A stretch of DNA of 64,000 nucleotides from a virus. Taxonomy: Duplodnaviria; Caudoviricetes. The notes under the pieces were generated by a model. That model saw only the letters and a list, made by a program, of their open reading frames with translations. It was not told where the DNA came from and searched no databases. Positions within the stretch are counted from its first letter, which is position 1. Each line of letters opens with the position of its first letter. The translations under genes were made by a program, and so were the position numbers. The stretch is taken from the IMG/VR virus record IMGVR_UViG_3300029286_000011. The stretch is one strand, 5' to 3'. Positions 45,775-53,682 of this stretch are shown here, in pieces.

Positions 45775-46907
45775 CGCGTAAACGCCATCGGAGTCAGGGC
45801 ATTTATAACGCCAGCCACAACGCCCGTGGTCTTCAGTATGTCCTGTGCTTTCTGCGGTAGTCCGAATATTGATCCTAGCGCTTTACCAAATAGAGCACCG
45901 GCTACATAGCCAGTACCCATGCCAGCCGTCAAACGACCTAGGTCGCCCATTGTCACCATTGACGACCGCTGAGGGTCTTGCTCCCTGGATTCGGCTAAGA
46001 ATGCCGCTGTATCCACTAAGGACATAGCTGCATTTCTCGTTGCCGGATTAACAGCGAACGCTACGTTAGGATCATAATACAATGTATCACGAAGCGCGGG
46101 AACCGGGATAGGCGGTGGAAACATGCCACCGGCCCCTGTATCGTCATTGTCCCAGGCAGCGGCCTTAGTATCTGGAAGATCTTCTTCAAACTCCCAGGTA
46201 GGATCAATTCTTGCCGGTTTGTCAGGAACGATGGGCCAGCCGGATGTAAGCGGCTTATTGTGCTTGCTGTTCACCCAGCCCCACACAGCGCCAGGAGCGG
46301 CACCAGTCAGTCCACCCAGAACAGCGCCTGTGGCGGCTAGTCGCTTCTTATTCCAGCCAGGGAGAACGGAGCCCATCAAATAGCCGCCGCCATAGCCTAG
46401 ACCGGCACCAAGCAAACCTGACGTTAGCATGGCTGTCAGAGGACTTGGATCGCCTGGTACGAAGTCAGCGATACGACCCGGCAGATGATTGGTAAGCTGC
46501 CCTAGCGTGTTGACAAACGTGCTGTACGCCGTTTTTTCGCTGAGGGCTATGTTGATGGCCGGTCGCAGATGGATCTGAAAACTATCCTGCGGAAGCGAAG
46601 AACTATCGCCGTGGATAGTAAGGACATCGGTCAGTCCATGATCTTCAGCCAGCTTGTACAGCACATTGTGCCACTTTGCCTGCACATCAACAGGCATGTC
46701 GACGTGGTGCAGCAGAAGTGCTTCCTTTTCGGGACTTACCGATACCGACCTGTAACCAGCAACGTCTAAGTCGGCTACATCCTGCTGCAGCTGCTCGGCC
46801 AGCTTATTGTATTGACGCCAGTTCTCCTCGGCGGCTTTTACAATACCCTGTGCGGCCTCGTATTCAGACAGACCCTGACACAGGTAGAACAAGTTTGCGT
46901 AGTTCAT
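45771..46907 (-). CDS. Glycine-zipper protein
   Basis: SGLLGAGLGYGGGY and GAVLGGLTGAAPG; KAAE, KTAY and KAAA. Confidence 0.7.
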   Translation of the reverse strand: MNYANLFYLCQGLSEYEAAQGIVKAAEENWRQYNKLAEQLQQDVADLDVAGYRSVSVSPEKEALLLHHVDMPVDVQAKWHNVLYKLAEDHGLTDVLTIHGDSSSLPQDSFQIHLRPAINIALSEKTAYSTFVNTLGQLTNHLPGRIADFVPGDPSPLTAMLTSGLLGAGLGYGGGYLMGSVLPGWNKKRLAATGAVLGGLTGAAPGAVWGWVNSKHNKPLTSGWPIVPDKPARIDPTWEFEEDLPDTKAAAWDNDDTGAGGMFPPPIPVPALRDTLYYDPNVAFAVNPATRNAAMSLVDTAAFLAESREQDPQRSSMVTMGDLGRLTAGMGTGYVAGALFGKALGSIFGLPQKAQDILKTTGVVAGVINALTPMAFTR

Positions 46908-47616
46908 CGCTGTCTAGTCCTTTGTGATAGCTACGGGTATTACGGCCCACCAACGGATCCCACAAAGAACCAAAGTCGATCAGCCAAGCTTTGTTTTTCC
47001 AGGCTGGGTACAGTCTGTGCAAAATGATTTCAGCTGGCATCGATGCCGACAACGACACAACCACAGGGCCGTCGAGGCTGTTGAGCTTGTCAGCTATATC
47101 CATTGTCAGTGACGACAGCGCTAGGTAGCAATCCCTGACCGGCACCTCGATAAAAGCTGCATAGCCAAAATACCTGTCGATATCTCGTAAGTAAGCCGGT
47201 CCAACCATGATCACAGGCAGCTGACGTAAGGCAGATATCAGAGGCAGCAATCGATTGTGGCCGCTTGCATGATGAAATATGTCGGCCTTGCACCAAGCCG
47301 TCGGTAAGTTATGCGTGGTCGTAATCTGACTGATCCATTCACCACACAATCGAAGAGCAAGGTTCTGCATACCGAGCAAATAGTCATACTCGTCGCGCGA
47401 CTGTCCGCAGTCCTTCAGAACATCTAGCAAGTCACGACCCATGTCGGGGAAATGCTGATGCTTATCGCAATTGCGAGACGGAGCACTACCCGGCGTTAGG
47501 TACTTCCTTACAGCCGCCCACTCACCGTCACCCCATCGAGAAAACGAGAAAGGCTGTTTTTCATTGAGCTTATCGACCAACGATTGATAGGTTACGTCTT
47601 CAGTAATGGCAAGCAT
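46864..47616 (-). CDS. GT-D-fold-like glycosyltransferase
   Basis: PFSFSRWGDGEW signature; VIMVGP and IDFGSLWD. Confidence 0.6.
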   Translation of the reverse strand: MLAITEDVTYQSLVDKLNEKQPFSFSRWGDGEWAAVRKYLTPGSAPSRNCDKHQHFPDMGRDLLDVLKDCGQSRDEYDYLLGMQNLALRLCGEWISQITTTHNLPTAWCKADIFHHASGHNRLLPLISALRQLPVIMVGPAYLRDIDRYFGYAAFIEVPVRDCYLALSSLTMDIADKLNSLDGPVVVSLSASMPAEIILHRLYPAWKNKAWLIDFGSLWDPLVGRNTRSYHKGLDSDELRKLVLPVSGSV

Positions 47617-47692
47617 GTTTTTTCCTTTTGAACAGTAAGCTGCCCGCTCTGTCGAGAAAAACAGACAAAGGTCGCTCTGTGTGTTTCACAGA

Positions 47693-50497
47693 TTAGCCTT
47701 CGTGAAAAGCAATTAGGGCGGGGGCACGTAAGGCCCCTGACGGTAGTTGCTGCTGGGCTCTTACCTTGGCAACTCGACCAAGATACAGATCAGAGGCATT
47801 GAACAGATCCTTACGAAGATCGTCAGAAATGCCTGTGCCAACCTCGCCAACTTCCGGCCCGTCAGGTGTGAGTGAGTATCCGAACCCACCCGCACCGACG
47901 TTAGTGTACTTGCCCTTGCCTGGGAATATTCGTTTTACGTAGACATCATGGTCTTCCGTAAACTTGCTTTTCATCGGCTTGCCTGTGGGCGGATGTATGA
48001 CAACACCCTCACTGGTCAGCGGATGCTTACCAGCTCTGATGGTTTCCCACAGGGCCTTAGCTGACTCAGCATCTGTAGCCTCATCGGCCACATGAAATTG
48101 CTCAGGCAGATGCTTGGCGACATCACGTAGCATCTGCATTCGCTCGCTGTAAGGCACATCATCAGGGTGAATAGGACGGCTTCCCAGCTGCTGCACATCG
48201 TACAGCATGCTACGAAGCTTGATGTTCCTTTCCTTCTGTGCTTTCAATGAATTAGCAAGTGTGGCATTCAGAATACCACCTAACTCTTGGGGCGGGATGA
48301 CACTATCTCTCTCAACGCCGTCTCCACTGTGTACGGCAGCTTGATCAGCAGCCCCATCGCCAGCTGGCGAAGCTCCGATTCGCTGAGCGAGGCTATCACC
48401 GCCTGTTCCTTCAGCCTCAGCGTTGGACGACACTGCCCGTTCTTGCAATTTCCGCAAGCCATATAACTCCCCCTTCAAAATAGACCCAACCAATTCTTTA
48501 GGTATGTTCAGGCCCTGATGCTTTTTACCAAACATCCGTTCGGTATGAACAATTGGACGGCCAGTGGTCTTGCTGGTTCTGTACGACAGAACTTCCACAC
48601 CATCCCGCACCAGTCTGATAAGAGAAGACGCACCATCTAGCTTAGGCTGGACACTACTGCCCGGCTGCAGCTTATCAAGCACGTCGTTCATCTGCTCTGC
48701 CGGTATACGCTTGTAGTGCACCTTCTCGTACGGCAGCGGCTGCTTTGGCGTTGTATTCAGTAGCAGCCAGTCTTTCTCACGGCCACGCCCTGTGCGTATC
48801 ATTGTGAAACGCTCAGGATAGCGTTCGTCAGCTGTACTGAAGTCGAGACGACCCGGCTGCACACCTGTGAGCAGTATCTGTCCCTTGCGCTGCGTCTTTA
48901 CAGTGCCAGCGCCGTAGCCTTTTAAGGTGCCTTGGAAGTCTTTGTAGCCGTGGGCGTGTAAGGGCTGCTGTACGGCAAGATGCTTAGCGCCAGGAGCCGG
49001 TAGACCCTTTCTAGCGGCCCAGCTGTACAGACCCAGCGAAGGGCCGCCTATGCGTATATCCGAGTGCAGGCCAGCTCTCTGTGCGGCATGCTCTTGAACT
49101 ACGAAGTCAAACAGCTCACCAGGGGTAAGCTTTGACAGGTCACCAAAATTAGCCCTGTCAGGAATACCCATACCAGGAGCGGCAGTCTTCAGCCAGCTTG
49201 CGGCCTTTTCATCTAAGCCAATCTCGTCACCGTATAGAGTGACACCGTACAGCTCGCAACCAATTTTGGCTGAAAATTCGCTGTCGTCAGACTCAAAGAT
49301 GTAATTAGCGCTAATTACATCTTCTGCCTCTTTTGAGTCAGGCCATGGTTCGCCACATCGATTGCAACAGTCATCATCACCACGTTCCAAGAATGCATCG
49401 CAGTTCGGGCAGCATTCATCAGCAGCCTGTTTACCTAGCAGATGTCGAGCCATCTGCAGGACCTGCTCCTGGTCCGCAAGCGTATAGCCTCTGTTTTTGT
49501 AGGACGCTAGCGCACGTCTGTTAATCTGCCACAACTTTGGTAACGATAGTAACTCAGGTAGGGGCGCACGCAATCCCATAGCGATATTACGTCGCACAGC
49601 GCGCAAAGCCGACAACGATGGCCACGTATTAAGCAACATCGAGTTATCAGCTGGCACATCGTGCAACCCGCTATTCGAAAAGCCACTAACGACGACAGGC
49701 TGTGTTTGCTGAGCAAGCCATTGCTGATACTTGCTTGCAACACTTTTTTCAAACTCCTCTTCCTGGCCTGGTGCCCAGTTATAGTCGGTCAAATTGGCAC
49801 CTGCCGGAATACCCATGTCGCGCATCACTTCGCCTGAGAAGTCGTCCAGGTCTTTAGCTACAACACCCTGATGCTCGTCTGCGATCCGATTTAACGTTGT
49901 GGTCTTGCCGGCACCGGAGGCACCTGCGATACGAAGTATGGGTTTTTCAGCTGCGGCCTTACTGACTTCGTTCTCGTTCAATACGTTGGCTTTTCGTATG
50001 CCAATCGTGCAATGGAATTCAAACTCGCCGTCGTGTGGTTTGCTGGACAGTCCGTAAGACCGGCGCAACTGCTGCAGCTCAGGACTCTTTACCTCGATAA
50101 ACCATACCCTAGACACGCCTGACCATCCGTGCGGAACAACAGTCTTAACACGGCCTAGCGTGTATCGAAAGCTTCCACCACGTTCTGTGAGCTTATCGGG
50201 TCCACCGATCTTCTCGATGTCAGCCTTGGAGAATACGGATATGTGTGCTGTGAGCTTGCCGTTGTCATCAACAGGCAATTCGACGCCCGGTTCATCCAAG
50301 GCATCGAAGCATCCGCGCACAATGGCGTTTGGCACGGCTAGAAGGCCCCAACCAGACTGACTGACATACAGTCTTCCGGCCAAGGCATGCGCTGCCACAG
50401 GCTTAGCGGCCTCCTTCACGACACTGGCCACTATATCCTGATAAACCTGCTGCGAAATCTGCGGATAGACTAGACTCACAGCGCGCCTCTCAGTCAT
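47693..50497 (-). CDS. Multi-domain end-repair protein: 2H phosphoesterase + P-loop kinase + Zn ribbon + LigD 3'-phosphoesterase + ATP-dependent DNA ligase with OB domain
   Basis: HISV/HCTI; GASGAGKTT; CPNC/CNRC; FVVQEH..HSDIRI..SWA..YGAGTV; QPKLDG, GELY, LYDV, EGVVI, KSK; VGTG...LRAP. Confidence 0.85.
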   Translation of the reverse strand: MTERRAVSLVYPQISQQVYQDIVASVVKEAAKPVAAHALAGRLYVSQSGWGLLAVPNAIVRGCFDALDEPGVELPVDDNGKLTAHISVFSKADIEKIGGPDKLTERGGSFRYTLGRVKTVVPHGWSGVSRVWFIEVKSPELQQLRRSYGLSSKPHDGEFEFHCTIGIRKANVLNENEVSKAAAEKPILRIAGASGAGKTTTLNRIADEHQGVVAKDLDDFSGEVMRDMGIPAGANLTDYNWAPGQEEEFEKSVASKYQQWLAQQTQPVVVSGFSNSGLHDVPADNSMLLNTWPSLSALRAVRRNIAMGLRAPLPELLSLPKLWQINRRALASYKNRGYTLADQEQVLQMARHLLGKQAADECCPNCDAFLERGDDDCCNRCGEPWPDSKEAEDVISANYIFESDDSEFSAKIGCELYGVTLYGDEIGLDEKAASWLKTAAPGMGIPDRANFGDLSKLTPGELFDFVVQEHAAQRAGLHSDIRIGGPSLGLYSWAARKGLPAPGAKHLAVQQPLHAHGYKDFQGTLKGYGAGTVKTQRKGQILLTGVQPGRLDFSTADERYPERFTMIRTGRGREKDWLLLNTTPKQPLPYEKVHYKRIPAEQMNDVLDKLQPGSSVQPKLDGASSLIRLVRDGVEVLSYRTSKTTGRPIVHTERMFGKKHQGLNIPKELVGSILKGELYGLRKLQERAVSSNAEAEGTGGDSLAQRIGASPAGDGAADQAAVHSGDGVERDSVIPPQELGGILNATLANSLKAQKERNIKLRSMLYDVQQLGSRPIHPDDVPYSERMQMLRDVAKHLPEQFHVADEATDAESAKALWETIRAGKHPLTSEGVVIHPPTGKPMKSKFTEDHDVYVKRIFPGKGKYTNVGAGGFGYSLTPDGPEVGEVGTGISDDLRKDLFNASDLYLGRVAKVRAQQQLPSGALRAPALIAFHEG
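49296..49323. repeat. Perfect 28-bp palindrome inside the CDS (copy 4), encoding DVISANYI
   Basis: AAGATGTAATTAGCGCTAATTACATCTT. Confidence 0.95.
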
Positions 50498-51098
50498 TCA
50501 GGCTTAATCGCGATAATGCGCGCTGCTGAGAACTACTCGGAGGCGCAGGATTTATAGGATGGCTGTGGCTATCGCCAGGCTGCACAGGCATGGAATCAAT
50601 AACCGGTGCAGGTAACGGCGCAGGCTTGGCGGCATCTGATCTGTAAAAGAAGGCAACAGAGTACCAACCAGTGCCATCGCGTATGGCCCGTACTGTTGCA
50701 TCGATACCAACTAACTCACCACTCTTAGTCCTAGCCGTACATGTAATGTGTTTGACCTTCTTGTATGAATCCATATCTTGCACACGTTCGATGGCTTGTC
50801 GATGCTTACAAGCCACATTCGGATCCATCATGAAGTCAGGTGCAGATCCAATAACTTCCTTAGCTGACCAGCCAAATAGATCTTCTGCGCCTTTATTCCA
50901 TTCGACGATCAACCCATCAGGATCAAGCATCGCGAATGGATATGTGCTGTCGTACAGCATCTGAAAGTATGCTGACGATCTAGTCTGCGCAGATGTGACT
51001 ATGAACTGTTGCGTAACGCCGTAGGCGATCAATATGCAACATAGCAGCCACGAGATCACGGAAGACACTATTACCCCGTAACTACGTGCCCTAGTCAT
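50490..51098 (-). CDS. Membrane-anchored PAS-domain protein without an output domain (start revised to 51098)
   Basis: TM helix, then FAMLDPDGLIVEWNKGAEDLFGWSAKEVIG...TKSGELVGIDATV. Confidence 0.8.
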   Translation of the reverse strand: MTRARSYGVIVSSVISWLLCCILIAYGVTQQFIVTSAQTRSSAYFQMLYDSTYPFAMLDPDGLIVEWNKGAEDLFGWSAKEVIGSAPDFMMDPNVACKHRQAIERVQDMDSYKKVKHITCTARTKSGELVGIDATVRAIRDGTGWYSVAFFYRSDAAKPAPLPAPVIDSMPVQPGDSHSHPINPAPPSSSQQRALSRLSLND

Positions 51099-51441
51099 CG
51101 GCATCCTCCTTGACTTTTTTACGTTTCCATCCGCCTCGCGGCGCAATGCTTATGTCTATTCCACCGTTCTGAATGACACTGAGCACAAAGTCTAGTATCG
51201 GTGTACCGCCCAGGCTAAGCAATAGTAACAGCCCGAGCAGTAATTGAACATTGGACGTAAGGTATTCCCGCCCAACAAGCCCGCAAGCCAACCCTGATAA
51301 GCCTGAGTTCAGTAACACGCTAACCAGTGTGCGGATAGAGAGCGACCTTTTAGATCGCAAAACAGAAGCTAACCCGGCAAAAGCAGTGACACCGAATATT
51401 AAGGCTAGTAGTTGGAACTGTGTCAGCGATTCCAGCTGCAT
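51091..51441 (-). CDS. Holin-like 3-TM membrane protein
   Basis: 116 aa, three hydrophobic helices and a basic C-terminal tail; GGAGG SD. Confidence 0.45.
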   Translation of the reverse strand: MQLESLTQFQLLALIFGVTAFAGLASVLRSKRSLSIRTLVSVLLNSGLSGLACGLVGREYLTSNVQLLLGLLLLLSLGGTPILDFVLSVIQNGGIDISIAPRGGWKRKKVKEDADD

Positions 51442-51621
51442 AGTGGCCTCCCTGCGGCTGACACATGGCGGCGCCGGTGCAGCTTACATGGTGTTTCGAT
51501 TGGCGTCGCTACGTGTGGTGTGGTCAGGCACAGCGCAGTTTTGTAGCACTAGCAGGGGATGCTGCGTCCTGTCACTTTTAATATAGCACCAACATGTGTA
51601 GTGGTCTATTCGGGTGTCCCC

Positions 51622-52554
51622 TCAGTCCATCTCGACAGTTGCCGTGTTGTCATCAGGCTGCATGGTGCCAGCTAGCCACTTTCGCAAGCCGGCTGTCCAA
51701 GAGCCGATAGCCGGGCCGTGTAGCGACGTATATCGTTCCGTGTTCAGCGCCGTGTAGCGTGGTATGGGATGCTTGCTATGGAAGGCATTTGCCGACTGTC
51801 GTTGTAGCTTGTTAGAGCAGCCGAGATGCCTTGCCATCATGTCGGCCACAGCATACCAACAGCACAGCTCCTCACCAGCAATATGATATATGCCGGGGTC
51901 AATAGCGCTGCCCTGATCAACAAACCACAGCAGCGCATTGACGAAGTGCGGGATAAACGTGAGACTTGTAACCACGTCGTCAAATACCGTGACAGTCGGT
52001 TGTGCCGTCGACTTCAAGGCCGTGTACAACAGGCGAACTGAATTCAGCCTGTATTGTTCGGAGAGTCCGAAGAGAGTTGACGTACGTATGATGTAGTATG
52101 GTGCGTCGTGTGCGTCACGCATTCGGCGTAACAGTGTGTGCTCTGCCATCGCCTTGCTTATGCCGAAGGCATCGACAGGCCCCACAGGATCAGCTTCCCA
52201 GTAAGGAACCTTGCGGCGTAGATCCAATCCAAAAACATGGCTCGTCGACATCTGGTAAAAGGGGATGTCCCGACGAGCCGCAACGTACGCTAGATTGTCC
52301 ACAGCAACTACATTTGTCTCCCACGCATCATTGGTCATCACTTGGTCTGTCGGCGGTGTCAGCAATCCAGCGCAGTTGATGATTGCATCTGGTCTTACTG
52401 CAGCCACCCAACGCCTTACTCGCGTCAAATCTCTGATGTCCAACGCTTCCCGTGTCTTTGGTATGGCCTGTTCACCTAGAGAAAGAACAAGTGCCTGACC
52501 TAACTGTCCCGCTGCTCCGAGAACCAAATATCGTCCACGAGTACCGGCTGTCAT
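51622..52554 (-). CDS. rmlD: RmlD-like (dTDP-4-dehydrorhamnose reductase family) SDR; catalytic Tyr replaced by Phe
   Basis: GAAGQLG, INCAG, STSHVF, FGISKAMAE, GIYH, LNTER. Confidence 0.8.
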   Translation of the reverse strand: MTAGTRGRYLVLGAAGQLGQALVLSLGEQAIPKTREALDIRDLTRVRRWVAAVRPDAIINCAGLLTPPTDQVMTNDAWETNVVAVDNLAYVAARRDIPFYQMSTSHVFGLDLRRKVPYWEADPVGPVDAFGISKAMAEHTLLRRMRDAHDAPYYIIRTSTLFGLSEQYRLNSVRLLYTALKSTAQPTVTVFDDVVTSLTFIPHFVNALLWFVDQGSAIDPGIYHIAGEELCCWYAVADMMARHLGCSNKLQRQSANAFHSKHPIPRYTALNTERYTSLHGPAIGSWTAGLRKWLAGTMQPDDNTATVEMD

Positions 52555-52732
52555 AAACTATCTCCAAATAGGTACTTACAGCCGCATCCATGCCTTTTGT
52601 GCTGCCCTGCAGAGCTAAATGCTCTGAATACTATACCAGCTTGGGGCCTGCTATCAAGTGGAACAAGCAGAGCCAATAGGCGTATATATGAAAAGTTGAT
52701 AATTTGCGTAGGCTGCTGAATCTCTGATAGCT

Positions 52733-52767
52733 AAAAAAGAGGGGCACTGGCTTTCGCCAGCCCCCTC
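52733..52767 (-). terminator. Intrinsic terminator after csrA
   Basis: GC stem with GAAA tetraloop, then TTTTTT and AGCTATCAG. Confidence 0.85.
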
Positions 52768-52791
52768 AACACGTAACAACTCAGCCGTACG

Positions 52792-52971
52792 TCATTGGAC
52801 GTCGGCCTCAGGCGCTACGTTGATCGCCTGCAATTCTTCCCGAAGGATACGCACGTCGTTGGGCGCTGAAATCCCTAGACGCACCTTCCCTCCTTGCACG
52901 CTCACCACCTTGATGACGATGTTGTCACCAATCAGAATCCCTTCATTAGCTCCGCGTGTCAGCACCAGCAT
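52792..52971 (-). CDS. csrA: Carbon storage regulator CsrA/RsmA (59 aa)
   Basis: Hand translation MLVLTRGANEGILIGDNIVIKVVSVQGGKVRLGISAPNDVRILREEL; TAAGGAGG SD; missed by the ORF track. Confidence 0.92.
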   Translation of the reverse strand: MLVLTRGANEGILIGDNIVIKVVSVQGGKVRLGISAPNDVRILREELQAINVAPEADVQ

Positions 52972-52981
52972 TTTCGCCTCC

Positions 52982-53287
52982 TTACGTTATGGCTGTTTCG
53001 GGATACAGCCAGTTTCCAGTTAACCAGGCTCGTTCGAACTCAATCGCTTGTGCATAGCGCACGAACGGTCGCCCGGCTTCGTCCCGCTGAGTCACGGGAC
53101 CTCCAACGGTTCTCAAGTCCACTTCCCACAACGCACCAGTGTCAGAGTTCAACACTGGCATGATCAGAGTTCGTAGCGCGACCACGTCAACCCGCTGTTC
53201 AGGTTGTATGGCGCGCGACAACAAATCAGAAAGGCCATCGTCATAGATGGCCCGAATACCCTGCGGCGTGATGACTAGCTTGGCCAC
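52982..53287 (-). CDS. Hypothetical protein of the AAA/DUF3150-like module
   Basis: MAKLVITPQGIRAIYDD; position. Confidence 0.65.
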   Translation of the reverse strand: MAKLVITPQGIRAIYDDGLSDLLSRAIQPEQRVDVVALRTLIMPVLNSDTGALWEVDLRTVGGPVTQRDEAGRPFVRYAQAIEFERAWLTGNWLYPETAIT

Positions 53288-53682
53288 TAGCCGCCGTAGC
53301 TCATCTTCGTCTGGTTATAGTCGCTCTTCCACTGCCAGTTGTCCTTAACGTAGCAGCGGAATTGGTCATCATCGAGCTCGATGATTTCATTGCAGGCCAT
53401 CTTCAACATGTCGATTGCCTCTTCGTACTCTCGGGCGTAGCACTGTGGCGTACGAATGCTGAAGTACGTCGTCGGCGGCCAGTGAGAACCGGCGCGCAAT
53501 GATTGATCGTCATGATCCAAGATCTTCTGCATTTCGTCGTGACGTTGCATAAACGCCGCCTGGGCTGCCTTGGCGTATTTCTGCAACGTTTCTTCGAAGT
53601 CGGCAATATGCTTTGCCAGGTTGGCCTGCACAATCGCCAACAGATCGTCCTTCTTAACCTGAATCACTAAGTCGCTGCGCAT
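53287..53682 (-). CDS. Hypothetical helical protein (131 aa)
   Basis: GGAGG SD; coupled to neighbours. Confidence 0.7.
   Translation of the reverse strand: MRSDLVIQVKKDDLLAIVQANLAKHIADFEETLQKYAKAAQAAFMQRHDEMQKILDHDDQSLRAGSHWPPTTYFSIRTPQCYAREYEEAIDMLKMACNEIIELDDDQFRCYVKDNWQWKSDYNQTKMSYGG

Noticed and set aside
36159-51409. ACTAGCC copies at 36159 and 51403
   Set aside because: Intragenic, not near a start codon, and consistent with chance.
5490-52640. CTATA(T/C/G)T as a late promoter (5495, 16655, 36010, 51580, 52630)
   Set aside because: Too short and degenerate to separate from background by eye.
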